A stretch of 42,367 nt of DNA from assembly GCA_964401205.1 (NCBI GenBank), contig CAYNXO010000001.1, forward strand, positions 1-42,367, given 5' to 3'. Each line of letters opens with the position of its first letter. Position 1 is the stretch's first letter. Below the pieces are notes generated by a model. It did not search any database. It saw only the letters and a list, made by a program, of their open reading frames with translations, and was not told the origin of the DNA. Shown piece by piece: positions 10,523-19,291 of this stretch. The stretch is from Candidatus Undinarchaeota archaeon. Lineage in GTDB: Archaea; Undinarchaeota; Undinarchaeia; Undinarchaeales; Naiadarchaeaceae. Both the position numbers and the translations under genes were made by a program.

Positions 10523-10528
10523 AAGAAA

Positions 10529-10681
10529 ATGGATGACAAATGTCCTGTTTGTGGAGAGGATTTTGCAAGGGGAATAGACGGGGTTGTAAAGTGCAAAAAT
10601 GGGCATGAAAAGAGAAACCCAATAAAGCACTACTCGTATCCGCTTGGGGATACTGACGTTTACAAGAAATCTTCATTTTAA
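10529..10681 (+). CDS. Unlisted 50-aa zinc-ribbon-like mini-protein directly after atpD
   Basis: My own translation gives MDDKCPVCGEDFARGIDGVVKCKNGHEKRNPIKHYSYPLGDTDVYKKSSF. The ORF starts 6 nt after the atpD stop and carries a CPxC...CxxxH motif. It is below the 60-aa cutoff of the ORF track. Confidence 0.4.
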   Translation: MDDKCPVCGEDFARGIDGVVKCKNGHEKRNPIKHYSYPLGDTDVYKKSSF

Positions 10682-10851
10682 AATAATTTTTTTGAAAAAT
10701 ACAAGTAAAGAATTATCACCAGAATTATTATCAAAAACAAACTAAGAACCATTTTCTTTTTTCCGTTGCTGGCAGAAGGTGCTTTGTTGTTGGTTTCTTG
10801 GGCTGGCTCTGCATGATGTTCTTCTTTGTGTGCTTTTTGTTCTGGGCTCAT
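10678..10851 (-). CDS. Unlisted 57-aa protein with C-terminal TM helix, downstream of PolD DP2
   Basis: My own translation gives MSPEQKAHKEEHHAEPAQETNNKAPSASNGKKKMVLSLFLIIILVIILYLYFSKKLF. The ATG lies 20 nt after the DP2 stop on the same strand. Confidence 0.35.
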   Translation of the reverse strand: MSPEQKAHKEEHHAEPAQETNNKAPSASNGKKKMVLSLFLIIILVIILYLYFSKKLF

Positions 10852-10871
10852 AAAAAAACAAGTGCGAAAGA

Positions 10872-13800
10872 TTATTTAAATGTGCCTAATGTCTGCTGCT
10901 TTTCCCTGCCGAAAATTGAAACTATGCTTTTTTCAATAAATTCTATCTGCTGCCTTAAGTAAGGGGAAATGTTGAATTTCGTTGCCATTTCTTTTGTCGC
11001 GTTGAGATATTTTATAATAGTCCCCTGATGGACAGTAAGAACTATGTTTCCGCCGCACCTCAAACAAACACCGCTAAGCGGCGGCCTTCGGTATTTTGCA
11101 TTGCATTTTGTGCAGCGGACTTTTTGCCTTGAGAAGGTTCTTAAGTTTCCTTTCATGTCAGGGATAAAGTGCGTATTAATAATCCGCTCAGCAACGTCCC
11201 TTGCATCAACAGCCCTGATTTTCTCTGCAAGAGCAAGCTGCTTATCTAGTTTGTCTAGCATCTCACCTTCGGTGTAAGTGTTTGAGATTACGCCGTTGTT
11301 TATGTCAGAAACTTCGTGTGTGTAAGCCCATCCGTTAAAGGGGTCTTCTGCCTCAACTATGTCCTCAAATGTCTTGATTTCTATTTTTGAGGGGTCTGAA
11401 CCCTGTTCAGTAAGCTCGTAAAATTCAAGGGGGTATTCAGAAGAAATGTCAACATCATAAACTTCGTCATCAATTTCAAGCGGGTTTAATATTGTTGTAA
11501 TAACAAGCGGCGCATCCATTCTTCCGCCTCTTTTCTTAGGGATGAAGCATTTTGAGAAATTAATGAATGTGTCAAGCAGCAGTATTATTGAATCTTCGTC
11601 CCCGTCGCAGTCGCGCCGCTTTGCTGCGTGGAAAGCAGGGTTTGCAAAGCAGACTTTTGCGTCTGTAAATCCTAAAATTCTTCCGACCATACCGGTTGAA
11701 GTGTGGGGTGCGAGAGCAACTATTGAAGTTCCTACTAAATCATGTTTGTTCTTTGCATTGTAGTATCTTGGCAGGCCGTAATACTTCTCAAGTAAATCAT
11801 CCATAAAGTGGGTTGTGCGCAAAAGATAGTTTGAACAGGACTCCTCTTCGCCCCAGTCGCTAATTATTATGTCTTGGGGCTTTAATTCAAGAACTTGATT
11901 TTCGTTTTCAATTGGCTTTCCATTAATGTCGTTTGTATATCCGAGCTCTTTTATTTTTGAAATAGGAACTTTAATCTCGGCAGGAGTAAAATGCGAAATT
12001 GGGGCGTCTGTTGCGTCGAACCTGACCGTCCCATCCTTGAATGCATAAATATTGTGGCTTGCCCTGAGAATGCCTTTTTCAATTGGCTCAGGAACTTTGT
12101 CCTTTGAAGTCATGCCAAGGACGCCGACAAGTTTTTTAGGAAGGGATATGCCGATTTTTGCAGAAGCTGCATCGAGCATTTCCTTGAATTTTAATTCAAC
12201 CCTTTCAAAAGATTTTGTTTCTACATTGCAATGGGGGCATGTTGGAGAATTTATTTTTCTTTTGCACACAGGGCAGAAAGTCAGGAGGGTTGTTCTTGTA
12301 CCGCAGGCCGGGCAACAGGGAAATATTGTGTTCTTGCCGCATGCTGAGCAGAAAAAAGTTGAAACTTCAGGAGTTATTATGGGGCTGACATTTGCTGCTT
12401 TTATCAAATCCCTTACTCTTCCCTTTATAACGCCGGTGGGAAAAAGGGAGTGCGGCGGCGGAACCATTTTTCTTGGCTTTGCCTTTTCAGGCCTCCCCAT
12501 TCTTGCGCCCACATAAGTCGGGGCGCGATTTTTAATTTTAACCGGGGCGATTCTGTTTATTGCGTCCATTATGTTTGCCACTTTTGCGGATTTTAATTCA
12601 GAGAGAATTTCCTCGGGCCTTGCACTGTCAAGTGCTGTTGAAAAAAGAAGTGCTTTTGCATGATTGCTGTCAATTTTAATCTGCCCATTGCTGAGAGAGT
12701 GGAAAACGCAGAGCAGCTCAAGTATGTCTTTCAAATCTTTGTCAAATGGGATATCCATCCCTGGTTTGTATTTTAGTTTGCCAAGAATCTGGATTAACTT
12801 AACAAGCTGGATTATTGAAATGTTGTTCCAGAAGAATGTATATTGAGGGTGGAGTGGAATGTTAAGCTCTGTTGAAATTTTTGCTGCTGTTTCAAAATCA
12901 GGCACAACAAACGGCTTTGAAAGGTATTTTGAGTATGCAGAATGCTTTTTGCTGTCGTTCCCAATTTCTTTTTTTGCTTCCTGCGCCCACCACTCTTCAA
13001 CATAAGAGCTGGGGAAAAGTTTGTGGTTGTTTTCAATAAAGTCGCCGGCTGATATCAGCAAATCGCCAAGAGTTATTATTTTTTCAAGATTGTTTTTGTT
13101 TTCCTTTGCTTCCTCTAATGTGTTTATTTGTTTTAATTCGCCATTTTTCAAAACAACAGTCGGGCCGTTAATGCTGTCGCAAACAGTAACAATTCCTGCT
13201 TTCCCGGGGAATTCAAGCCGTATCTGGGTGCCGATTGCAATAAACCCGTCAAGCAGAACCATTGTTGCAGGATTTACTGCGACAGCAGAGTATCCTGTTG
13301 TTCTTGTCCTTCCGTATCGAAGAGTGAATCCGCCTTTTTTGGAAGGATGGGAAAAAACAGGCCTTCCTGCAGGAATTTCCTGCATGTATTTTTCATTACC
13401 AATATTTTCAACTGTTTTTTCCTCTGTAATGTCTTCAATAAATGCGTCTGCTTCTTTTGTTACATCAACAAGGCCTGCAACATCATTAACATCTTCTTCT
13501 GCAATATTCTGAACCCAGTTGTATTTTGTGTCAGCCGCGCTTTCAACTATCTCCTCCAACCGCTCCTGCGCATAAGGAATTTCCTTTGCCGCTTTCTTCA
13601 CAAGAAGCCCCTCAAGCCAGGACCATTTCAAATTGTATTTTTGCTCAAGGGGCTTCAGCTTCTTTACAAGCTTGGATGCTTTTTGCGCAATGCCTTCTGC
13701 AATAACAAGGCACATTCCCCCCCTTACTCTGTTTGTTTCAACTCTCCCTAAATTCCTGTAAGTGACAACTTCAAACTCCTCTGTTGGCTCTCCGTCAATG

Positions 13801-14435
13801 CAGACAGGAACATTTCTTACAATTGTTTCTATTTCTTCCTGTGTCGGCATGTATTGCAGGTGGACATTTCTTTTATACCAGAGTATCTCTTCTGCGCACC
13901 TGCCGATTTCGGCAGGGGTTGGCTGATATTTGCCAAGTTTAAGGTAGCGCCTTACATAGTCTGCAACAATAATTGAAAGCGCCTCTGCAGTACCGCCTGC
14001 TGCCCTTATCGGACCGGCATAATAAACAGAAAGGTATTCGCTTCCATCGGGATTTTTCTTAATTTTTACTTTTGCAATTCCTTCAATAGGCGCGCTTACT
14101 GCCCCTTGTGTAAGGTATGCAAGGCCTGCGCGGATTGCTTTTTCGCCTGCGATTTCACGGTTGTTATTTGTCTCTTTCAGCCCGTTTTCTATAACCTGTT
14201 CTGCTAGCTTGAATGCAACTTCTTCCTCTGTTTTGTATTGTTTTTGCAGGTTCCTTATTACAGGAGCAATTCCAGGGAGCTCAACAAGACCTTCTACTTT
14301 GTCTGCGATATCTTTCGCAATATAGGGCTCCGGAATTGTCGCAAAATCAAATCCTTTTGCCCGTGCTTGCTTGGCTATCTCAAACTCCTTGAAAACATTT
14401 TCCTCCATTAATTTATAGTATTCTTTTGTGTTCAT
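10872..14435 (-). CDS. polC: DNA polymerase II (PolD) large subunit DP2
   Basis: About 1187 aa with several Cys4 zinc clusters (CSACGK..CPACG, CPVC..CPHC, CTKC..CLRCGG), typical of DP2. The start is placed at MNTKEYYKLMEE (ATG 14435). The listed upstream 33 codons run through an intergenic repeat. Confidence 0.95.
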   Translation of the reverse strand: MNTKEYYKLMEENVFKEFEIAKQARAKGFDFATIPEPYIAKDIADKVEGLVELPGIAPVIRNLQKQYKTEEEVAFKLAEQVIENGLKETNNNREIAGEKAIRAGLAYLTQGAVSAPIEGIAKVKIKKNPDGSEYLSVYYAGPIRAAGGTAEALSIIVADYVRRYLKLGKYQPTPAEIGRCAEEILWYKRNVHLQYMPTQEEIETIVRNVPVCIDGEPTEEFEVVTYRNLGRVETNRVRGGMCLVIAEGIAQKASKLVKKLKPLEQKYNLKWSWLEGLLVKKAAKEIPYAQERLEEIVESAADTKYNWVQNIAEEDVNDVAGLVDVTKEADAFIEDITEEKTVENIGNEKYMQEIPAGRPVFSHPSKKGGFTLRYGRTRTTGYSAVAVNPATMVLLDGFIAIGTQIRLEFPGKAGIVTVCDSINGPTVVLKNGELKQINTLEEAKENKNNLEKIITLGDLLISAGDFIENNHKLFPSSYVEEWWAQEAKKEIGNDSKKHSAYSKYLSKPFVVPDFETAAKISTELNIPLHPQYTFFWNNISIIQLVKLIQILGKLKYKPGMDIPFDKDLKDILELLCVFHSLSNGQIKIDSNHAKALLFSTALDSARPEEILSELKSAKVANIMDAINRIAPVKIKNRAPTYVGARMGRPEKAKPRKMVPPPHSLFPTGVIKGRVRDLIKAANVSPIITPEVSTFFCSACGKNTIFPCCPACGTRTTLLTFCPVCKRKINSPTCPHCNVETKSFERVELKFKEMLDAASAKIGISLPKKLVGVLGMTSKDKVPEPIEKGILRASHNIYAFKDGTVRFDATDAPISHFTPAEIKVPISKIKELGYTNDINGKPIENENQVLELKPQDIIISDWGEEESCSNYLLRTTHFMDDLLEKYYGLPRYYNAKNKHDLVGTSIVALAPHTSTGMVGRILGFTDAKVCFANPAFHAAKRRDCDGDEDSIILLLDTFINFSKCFIPKKRGGRMDAPLVITTILNPLEIDDEVYDVDISSEYPLEFYELTEQGSDPSKIEIKTFEDIVEAEDPFNGWAYTHEVSDINNGVISNTYTEGEMLDKLDKQLALAEKIRAVDARDVAERIINTHFIPDMKGNLRTFSRQKVRCTKCNAKYRRPPLSGVCLRCGGNIVLTVHQGTIIKYLNATKEMATKFNISPYLRQQIEFIEKSIVSIFGREKQQTLGTFK

Positions 14436-14445
14436 TTTATGTTTA

Positions 14446-14619
14446 GGCGCATCACCACAAAGCGAGGGCATCATCCAGCTTGCAACAACTGGAGGGCGCA
14501 ACAACGCCTGCACAGCCCTCGCTTTGTGCCGCACTTGCTCTTTACTATAGGCACAATAGCCACTTTTACCAGGTTTTTTCGCCCTCTCGTAGCTTAGACT
14601 AGCTTAGTGCGAAAAAAAC
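14446..14619 (-). repeat. Family-1 structured element, copy A (DP1-DP2 intercistronic; carries a nested hairpin insertion)
   Basis: It shares GGCGCATCAC...CACTTGCT...CCAGGTTTTTT-stem-AAAAAA with 33226-33326 and the reverse complement of 40340-40439. The stem TTTTTTCGC (14574-14582) / GCGAAAAAA (14609-14617) covaries with TTTTTTGCC/GGCAAAAAA in the other copies. An extra perfect 14-bp stem pairs 14456-14469 with 14515-14528. Confidence 0.75.
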
Positions 14620-14621
14620 TG

Positions 14622-16088
14622 TTAAAATGCTAAAATCTGCACCTGCCTTGTTTTTAGATTTATGATTGGCATTCTGCCTGGGGTCGGCTCGTGGCCAAGG
14701 AATTTCTGGAAATCTGTGATGTCTTGCCAGGTTCCTGAATTTAGTAAAGTGGTCCCTCTGTAAGCCAGAACTCCGTTTGAATGGACGTGGCCTGTGTGAA
14801 AAATATCTATTCCTTCAGGGATAGCAAGCGGGTCTGAAGAGGTTTCTCCGGTTGTGACAATTCCTGATTCATAGGGGGGGCTTAAATGCCTTTTTTTCAA
14901 AAGGGCCAGCATGACTTTTTCAGGATGTTTGTAGCCATCTTTCAGGCTTGAAACATTTGGGACAATTGAATCAATAGAAGTCCCGTGATACAGCAGAACA
15001 TTCAGGCTAACATCATTTTCAAACGGTTTTATTTTTACAACACCCGGGGAGGAAATTGAAACTAAATTAGGGAGTTCATAAAGCCCGGGTGCAACGTCTT
15101 TGTCAATTGGCGGCTGTGGCTGAGCAATCCTTACATAATCGTGGTTGCCGGGGCAGATAATTATTTTAATATTTTCAGGTATTTTTGCAAAGCTTTTTGC
15201 AATTTCCCCGTATTGTTTGTAAATGTCGGTTATTTCCAGCTCTTTTTCCTGACCCGGATATATGCCAACCCCGTCAACTAAATCTCCTGCAACGAAAATA
15301 TATTTTAAATTCTCAAGGAATTTCTGCTGGTCTTCCCATAAAACAATGTCGCTTGATTTCCCGCGGATAAAATCAATCATGGAATTATACTTGTCTTCAA
15401 GGAATTTTTTGCTCCCTAAATGTATGTCACTGAGGAATGCTGCATAAATTGTTTCTTTTGTTTTTTTTTCAACACGGTTCACCGGCAAATCCGGGATTGT
15501 TATGTCATCCACAAACAAAACCCCTTTGCTTGCTGAGCCTGAAACTCCTATAACCTCATCATGCAGTATTTCATCTGCCTGAGCCATGAGCTCGCGTTTT
15601 GTGATGATTGCCTTTGCCGTGCCAGACATGTCCTCAAGCTCAAGAATTACATTTCCTTTTGGAGTCTTCTGCTTGGTTGAAACAATCCCAATAACGCTTA
15701 TTTTTTCGTTTGCTATTTTTTTTATGTTTGCGATTGACTGCAGGTTGGTGAGGCGCGGCTGGAGGTATTTTTTAAATTGGTTAAGTCTGCCAAGAAAATA
15801 TTTTGAAATGTCGTTTATATCGCCGATTGGCGGCATGTGCGTATGGTTTGCAACAATTTCTAAATCAATCAAACCAGTAATATTTTTTGGGGGGCGGGTT
15901 TTTTCTTTAACAAAATGTTCCGGGAGTATAATTAACTCCTTGTTTTGCTTTAGTTCTGAAATTAAATTATCGCACACCTCTACTGGATTTTTGCTTTCAA
16001 GAAGTAATTGCAGGGCTTCTTTTGAAATCTGAAGTTCGCTTGAAATTATTTTGCCAAGAACCTTGGCCTTTAGACTTTGGCTTTGCAT
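14622..16088 (-). CDS. polB: DNA polymerase II (PolD) small subunit DP1
   Basis: 488 aa with an OB-fold region and calcineurin-like phosphoesterase motifs (GDLVDG, GNHD, GHVH). Confidence 0.9.
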   Translation of the reverse strand: MQSQSLKAKVLGKIISSELQISKEALQLLLESKNPVEVCDNLISELKQNKELIILPEHFVKEKTRPPKNITGLIDLEIVANHTHMPPIGDINDISKYFLGRLNQFKKYLQPRLTNLQSIANIKKIANEKISVIGIVSTKQKTPKGNVILELEDMSGTAKAIITKRELMAQADEILHDEVIGVSGSASKGVLFVDDITIPDLPVNRVEKKTKETIYAAFLSDIHLGSKKFLEDKYNSMIDFIRGKSSDIVLWEDQQKFLENLKYIFVAGDLVDGVGIYPGQEKELEITDIYKQYGEIAKSFAKIPENIKIIICPGNHDYVRIAQPQPPIDKDVAPGLYELPNLVSISSPGVVKIKPFENDVSLNVLLYHGTSIDSIVPNVSSLKDGYKHPEKVMLALLKKRHLSPPYESGIVTTGETSSDPLAIPEGIDIFHTGHVHSNGVLAYRGTTLLNSGTWQDITDFQKFLGHEPTPGRMPIINLKTRQVQILAF

Positions 16089-16133
16089 TTTTTTGTTGGG
16101 GAATTAATCCACCACTAATTGTTTTTTGCTGGG

Positions 16134-17327
16134 CTATGCCAGTTCACCAGATAGTATTTCTTTGCTTTTTTCAAGAACAACCCCTGAGATATCAAGGTTT
16201 ATTGTCCGCGTTCTCCCGTATCGGCCGCGTGAGACTAGTGTCGCCCCGATTAGGCCGAGCATTTCAAGCTCAGATATTAAATCTGAGACGCGCCTTTGCG
16301 TCAATGGCTCGAGCTTGAATTTCCTGCTGAGTTTTGTATATACTTCGTAAATTTCACCAGTAGAAATAATTTCCGTATTCTGGTCTTTCAAGTAAATTAT
16401 GCTTGAAAGCACTAGTTGAGACTGCCTTGGCTGTGTTTTAATGATTTCGACAACTCGGTCAATGTCTAGTTTCTTTTGTGCAATATCAACATGGTTTGCC
16501 TGGACTTTTTCATCTCCCTGGCGCTCTGCAATCTCAACAGCCACCCTCAGCAAGTCAAGTGCACGCCTTGCGTCCCCGTGTTCCTGCGCTGCAAGCGCTG
16601 CGCATTTTTCAATTACGCCTTCCCCTAGGATTTCTGGCCTTAGTGCAATTGCTGCCCTTTTTGATAGTATTTCTTTTAGCTGGACTGCATTATATGGTGG
16701 GAAAACAAGCTCCTCTTCTGACAAAGAGGATTTTATCCTAGGATCAAGACTGCTTGTAAAAGCCAAATCGTTTGTAATACCGAGTATGCTTACACGCGTG
16801 TTTTTCAGCTCTGTGTTTATCCTTGTCAAGTCATAAAGGATTGTTGGGTCTGATAAGGAATCTATTTCATCAAGTATTATTATACAGATGCTGTTTGCAT
16901 CTGCAAGGGCTAAAAGGAATTTTTTGTAAACTTCCTCTGTTGGAAGGCCTGTGGCTGGCACTTGCTTGCCTAATTGCAAAAGGAAATTCGCCAAAAGCCG
17001 GTAAGGTGTGTTTATTTTATTTATTTTGCAATTCAGGTAAATTGTTTTTACATTAACGCCGCGCTCTATTGCTTTCTTCCCAAGTTCCTGGCAAACATAC
17101 TTACTCACGAGTGTCTTGCCTGTCCCGGTTTTGCCATATACAAAAACGTTTGAGGGCTTCTCCCCCCTTAAGGAATTTACAAGAATTGACGCTAATTGTC
17201 TTATTTGTTCCTCTCTGTGCGGGACTGTTTCTGGTGTGTAGGTTTCTTGCAATGCTTCTTTAGCAAAAAAATGTGGCTGCCTGCCTAAGAAAGAGTCAAA
17301 CAAATCATTCAGTGCTTTTTGCGCCAT
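16134..17327 (-). CDS. cdc6: Orc1/Cdc6 replication initiator
   Basis: AAA+ Walker A (YGKTGTGKT), Walker B (IIILDEID) and a C-terminal winged helix. It lies adjacent to an ORB-containing spacer. Confidence 0.95.
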   Translation of the reverse strand: MAQKALNDLFDSFLGRQPHFFAKEALQETYTPETVPHREEQIRQLASILVNSLRGEKPSNVFVYGKTGTGKTLVSKYVCQELGKKAIERGVNVKTIYLNCKINKINTPYRLLANFLLQLGKQVPATGLPTEEVYKKFLLALADANSICIIILDEIDSLSDPTILYDLTRINTELKNTRVSILGITNDLAFTSSLDPRIKSSLSEEELVFPPYNAVQLKEILSKRAAIALRPEILGEGVIEKCAALAAQEHGDARRALDLLRVAVEIAERQGDEKVQANHVDIAQKKLDIDRVVEIIKTQPRQSQLVLSSIIYLKDQNTEIISTGEIYEVYTKLSRKFKLEPLTQRRVSDLISELEMLGLIGATLVSRGRYGRTRTINLDISGVVLEKSKEILSGELA

Positions 17328-17334
17328 AAATCAG

Positions 17335-17748
17335 TCTCCCGTTTCCACATTATAATTTTCCCGGCGTTGCATATGAAATGTAGGTATATATATTTTTGTG
17401 TTTTTAAAAAAATAAAATTTCTTGTGCACCCACCCCTTTGTTTCTTGTGGAAGTTGTTTTTGTGTTGTTTGGGGGTTTTGGGGTGTTTTGTTGGTGTGTT
17501 TTAGTGTATATCTTATGTGTTTGTTGTAAAAAGGCGGCTGTGGCTTTTTTATAACAAACGGAGGATTTTAAATGTGTTTCCAGTGGAAATGAAGGGGTTC
17601 CTTTTTCTTTCTTTATCGGAAGTGTTTTTTTTCTCTTTCTATACATTATATATATTTTCCATATAGTAAATAAATAATAATAAACAAACTCCAATAGAAA
17701 CAAACCCATAAAAATTTAATAAAACTCCAATAGAAACAAAGGAGTGGG
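17335..17748. other. Predicted replication origin (oriC) with inverted ORB / mini-ORB boxes and AT-rich unwinding tracts
   Basis: ORB-like boxes: minus-oriented CTTCCACAAGAAACAAAGGGGTGGG (reverse complement of 17429-17453); a half box (reverse complement of 17335-17350, TGTGGAAACGGGAGA); plus-oriented TTTCCAGTGGAAATGAAGGGG (17577-17597); CTCCAATAGAAACAAACCC (17689-17707); and CTCCAATAGAAACAAAGGAGTGGG (17725-17748). AT tracts lie at 17385-17420 and 17640-17685. A C-depleted G/T tract lies at about 17455-17520. Confidence 0.7.
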
Positions 17749-17759
17749 CATCGATGATT

Positions 17760-18275
17760 TTATTTTTTCCCTTTTATTTCCTCTAAAAAACCCCGCAAAG
17801 AAGAAACATCAACCTTTTTATTAGAAAACCACTTCAAAAACGAATGGCATTTAATTTCAATTAAATCGGCTTGTGCGTTGTTTTTATAATCTTGTTTAAG
17901 GCGGGCAAGCAATTCATACAAGACAGCGTTCCAATCAACAAAAATTTCCAGCGGTCTGTGCTTTAAACCAACCTCTTTTAAAACTTCCGGCAACTCCTCA
18001 CTCTCAGTCTGCTTCCCCTCTGGTCCCAAAACGTAATACATCCTTGTTGTTCTATCACCCCAAGTGTAAGCTCCCTGTTCTTTCTTTGCTCCTGCGAGGA
18101 CAAACTCACCCAATTCAACACCTTTACTTAAATGATAGTACATTGAGCGGATGTTTATTTTAGAAAAAGCCGCTGTGTAGGCCTTGTAAATTTCATAACC
18201 ATAACTAACCCCAAGCAAGGCTACAATTTCCTGCATCCTGTCCCTTATTACAGATCCTTTTGGCCTGCCTCGCAT
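17760..18275 (-). CDS. PadR-like winged-helix DNA-binding protein
   Basis: The N-terminal motif YGYEIYKAY...SMYYHLSKGVELGEF resembles a PadR-type wHTH. The C-terminal half is uncharacterised. Confidence 0.55.
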   Translation of the reverse strand: MRGRPKGSVIRDRMQEIVALLGVSYGYEIYKAYTAAFSKINIRSMYYHLSKGVELGEFVLAGAKKEQGAYTWGDRTTRMYYVLGPEGKQTESEELPEVLKEVGLKHRPLEIFVDWNAVLYELLARLKQDYKNNAQADLIEIKCHSFLKWFSNKKVDVSSLRGFLEEIKGKK

Positions 18276-18336
18276 GGTATTTATTTACAATATAGTAAAT
18301 AATCCTTATAAATTTTCCTATAAACCCTTAGATTAA

Positions 18337-18840
18337 CTACATCCTTCCCGCCAAAGCCCGGTCTACAGAAATCCCTTTAATTGCCTTTTCTTTTATTTCC
18401 TCTATCCTATGCGCGTTTCCCTTTTCAATTAACTGCCTTTCAATCTGCCTGAATTTATTTTCGTGTTTGTTATAACAGACAATTGCCGCAGAAAGGGCAT
18501 CAACTTCATGCTTGTTTTCCGCCTTTTTACCATACTTATCCAAAAAAGAGTCTACAATAAAGAACTTCTCTTTCCTCTTTAGGTTTTTAACAACCGGGTT
18601 TATTTTTACATTAAAACCCGCTGCAATTTTACTCACAATTTCAGGGATTTTCACAACATCTGTTGCAACAAGGACCGGCTGGCCGCTCTGTTGTATGAAT
18701 TCCTGCAAATCTTTTTTTAGGAAGTGTTTCTGGCTCTTCAACCCAACCAAAACCCCTTTTAAATCAAGGAGCGCAACAGCGGTTGTTGTTCCTGAATCAA
18801 TTCCTACAATTAAACCCTTCCTTTCCCCTGCCTTTAACAT
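18337..18840 (-). CDS. RNase H-fold (RuvC/YqgF-like) protein, DUF460-like N-terminal domain only
   Basis: The LIVGIDSGTTTAVALLD motif is typical of archaeal DUF460/COG2433 proteins. At 167 aa it is much shorter than the several-hundred-residue DUF460 proteins as I recall them. Confidence 0.55.
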   Translation of the reverse strand: MLKAGERKGLIVGIDSGTTTAVALLDLKGVLVGLKSQKHFLKKDLQEFIQQSGQPVLVATDVVKIPEIVSKIAAGFNVKINPVVKNLKRKEKFFIVDSFLDKYGKKAENKHEVDALSAAIVCYNKHENKFRQIERQLIEKGNAHRIEEIKEKAIKGISVDRALAGRM

Positions 18841-18874
18841 AATCTTAAATACCTCTTTTTACACTATAAAATTT

Positions 18875-19291
18875 ATGGTAGATGCAGCAGGCCTTGAAAG
18901 TGATTTAAGAAAAATAAGAGACGGTGTTTTGCAAAGTTTTGACAAAGAAACAAGCAAAGCAGATGCGGCAAAACTTTCCGGGCAGACAGCAAAAATGAAG
19001 GTTTGGATTGACAACTTTGAAAACTTATATGTTAAGGAAGCAAGGCAACACCCCGCTGAAGCCGACAAAATCGCGCACAAAGGCCGCGAGTTAAGCGAGG
19101 AAGCATGGCACACTTATGAGGTTTTGCTTGATTTTGCAATGCAGGCAGGCGCGCCGCTCTTTCCAGCAGGGAGAACCCCAGCGGAAATGTCTGGTTATGC
19201 AAGCGGCGCGACAAGGACAACTGCAACAAGCCTCCTTAGGGAGCTGTTAAACAACTACATAGAATATAGAAAAAAAGTCCTGAAGGCGTGA
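18875..19291 (+). CDS. Hypothetical helical protein (138 aa)
   Basis: In-frame ATG at 18875 within listed ORF 18512..19291. The upstream part of that ORF is antisense to the DUF460-like gene. The 3' half is visibly more GC-rich than the surroundings. Its stop abuts the Hef stop. Confidence 0.5.
   Translation: MVDAAGLESDLRKIRDGVLQSFDKETSKADAAKLSGQTAKMKVWIDNFENLYVKEARQHPAEADKIAHKGRELSEEAWHTYEVLLDFAMQAGAPLFPAGRTPAEMSGYASGATRTTATSLLRELLNNYIEYRKKVLKA

Noticed and set aside
14446-14460. GUGAUGCGCC terminus of family-1 elements read as a box C (RUGAUGA) of a C/D sRNA or a K-turn
   Set aside because: No conserved CUGA (box D) partner is present in all three copies at a compatible position, and the length and architecture do not fit C/D sRNAs. 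It is kept only as an unproven possibility for L7Ae binding.
14436-14534. N-terminal 33-codon extension of the listed PolD DP2 ORF (MRHKARAVQALLRPP...)
   Set aside because: The extension runs through the family-1 repeat and its perfect 14-bp hairpin. The conserved DP2 N-terminus begins at MNTKEYY (ATG 14435). The open frame here is probably coincidental.
17455-17520. G-quadruplex in the origin G/T tract
   Set aside because: There are only two long G runs (GGGGG, GGGG) plus GG doublets, which is insufficient for a confident four-tract G4. It is noted only as strand-asymmetric composition within the origin finding.
18512-18874. 5' part of listed plus-strand ORF 18512..19291
   Set aside because: It is fully antisense to the well-supported RNase H-fold gene 18337..18840. 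An in-frame ATG at 18875, just past the divergent promoter, gives a sensible 138-aa gene.
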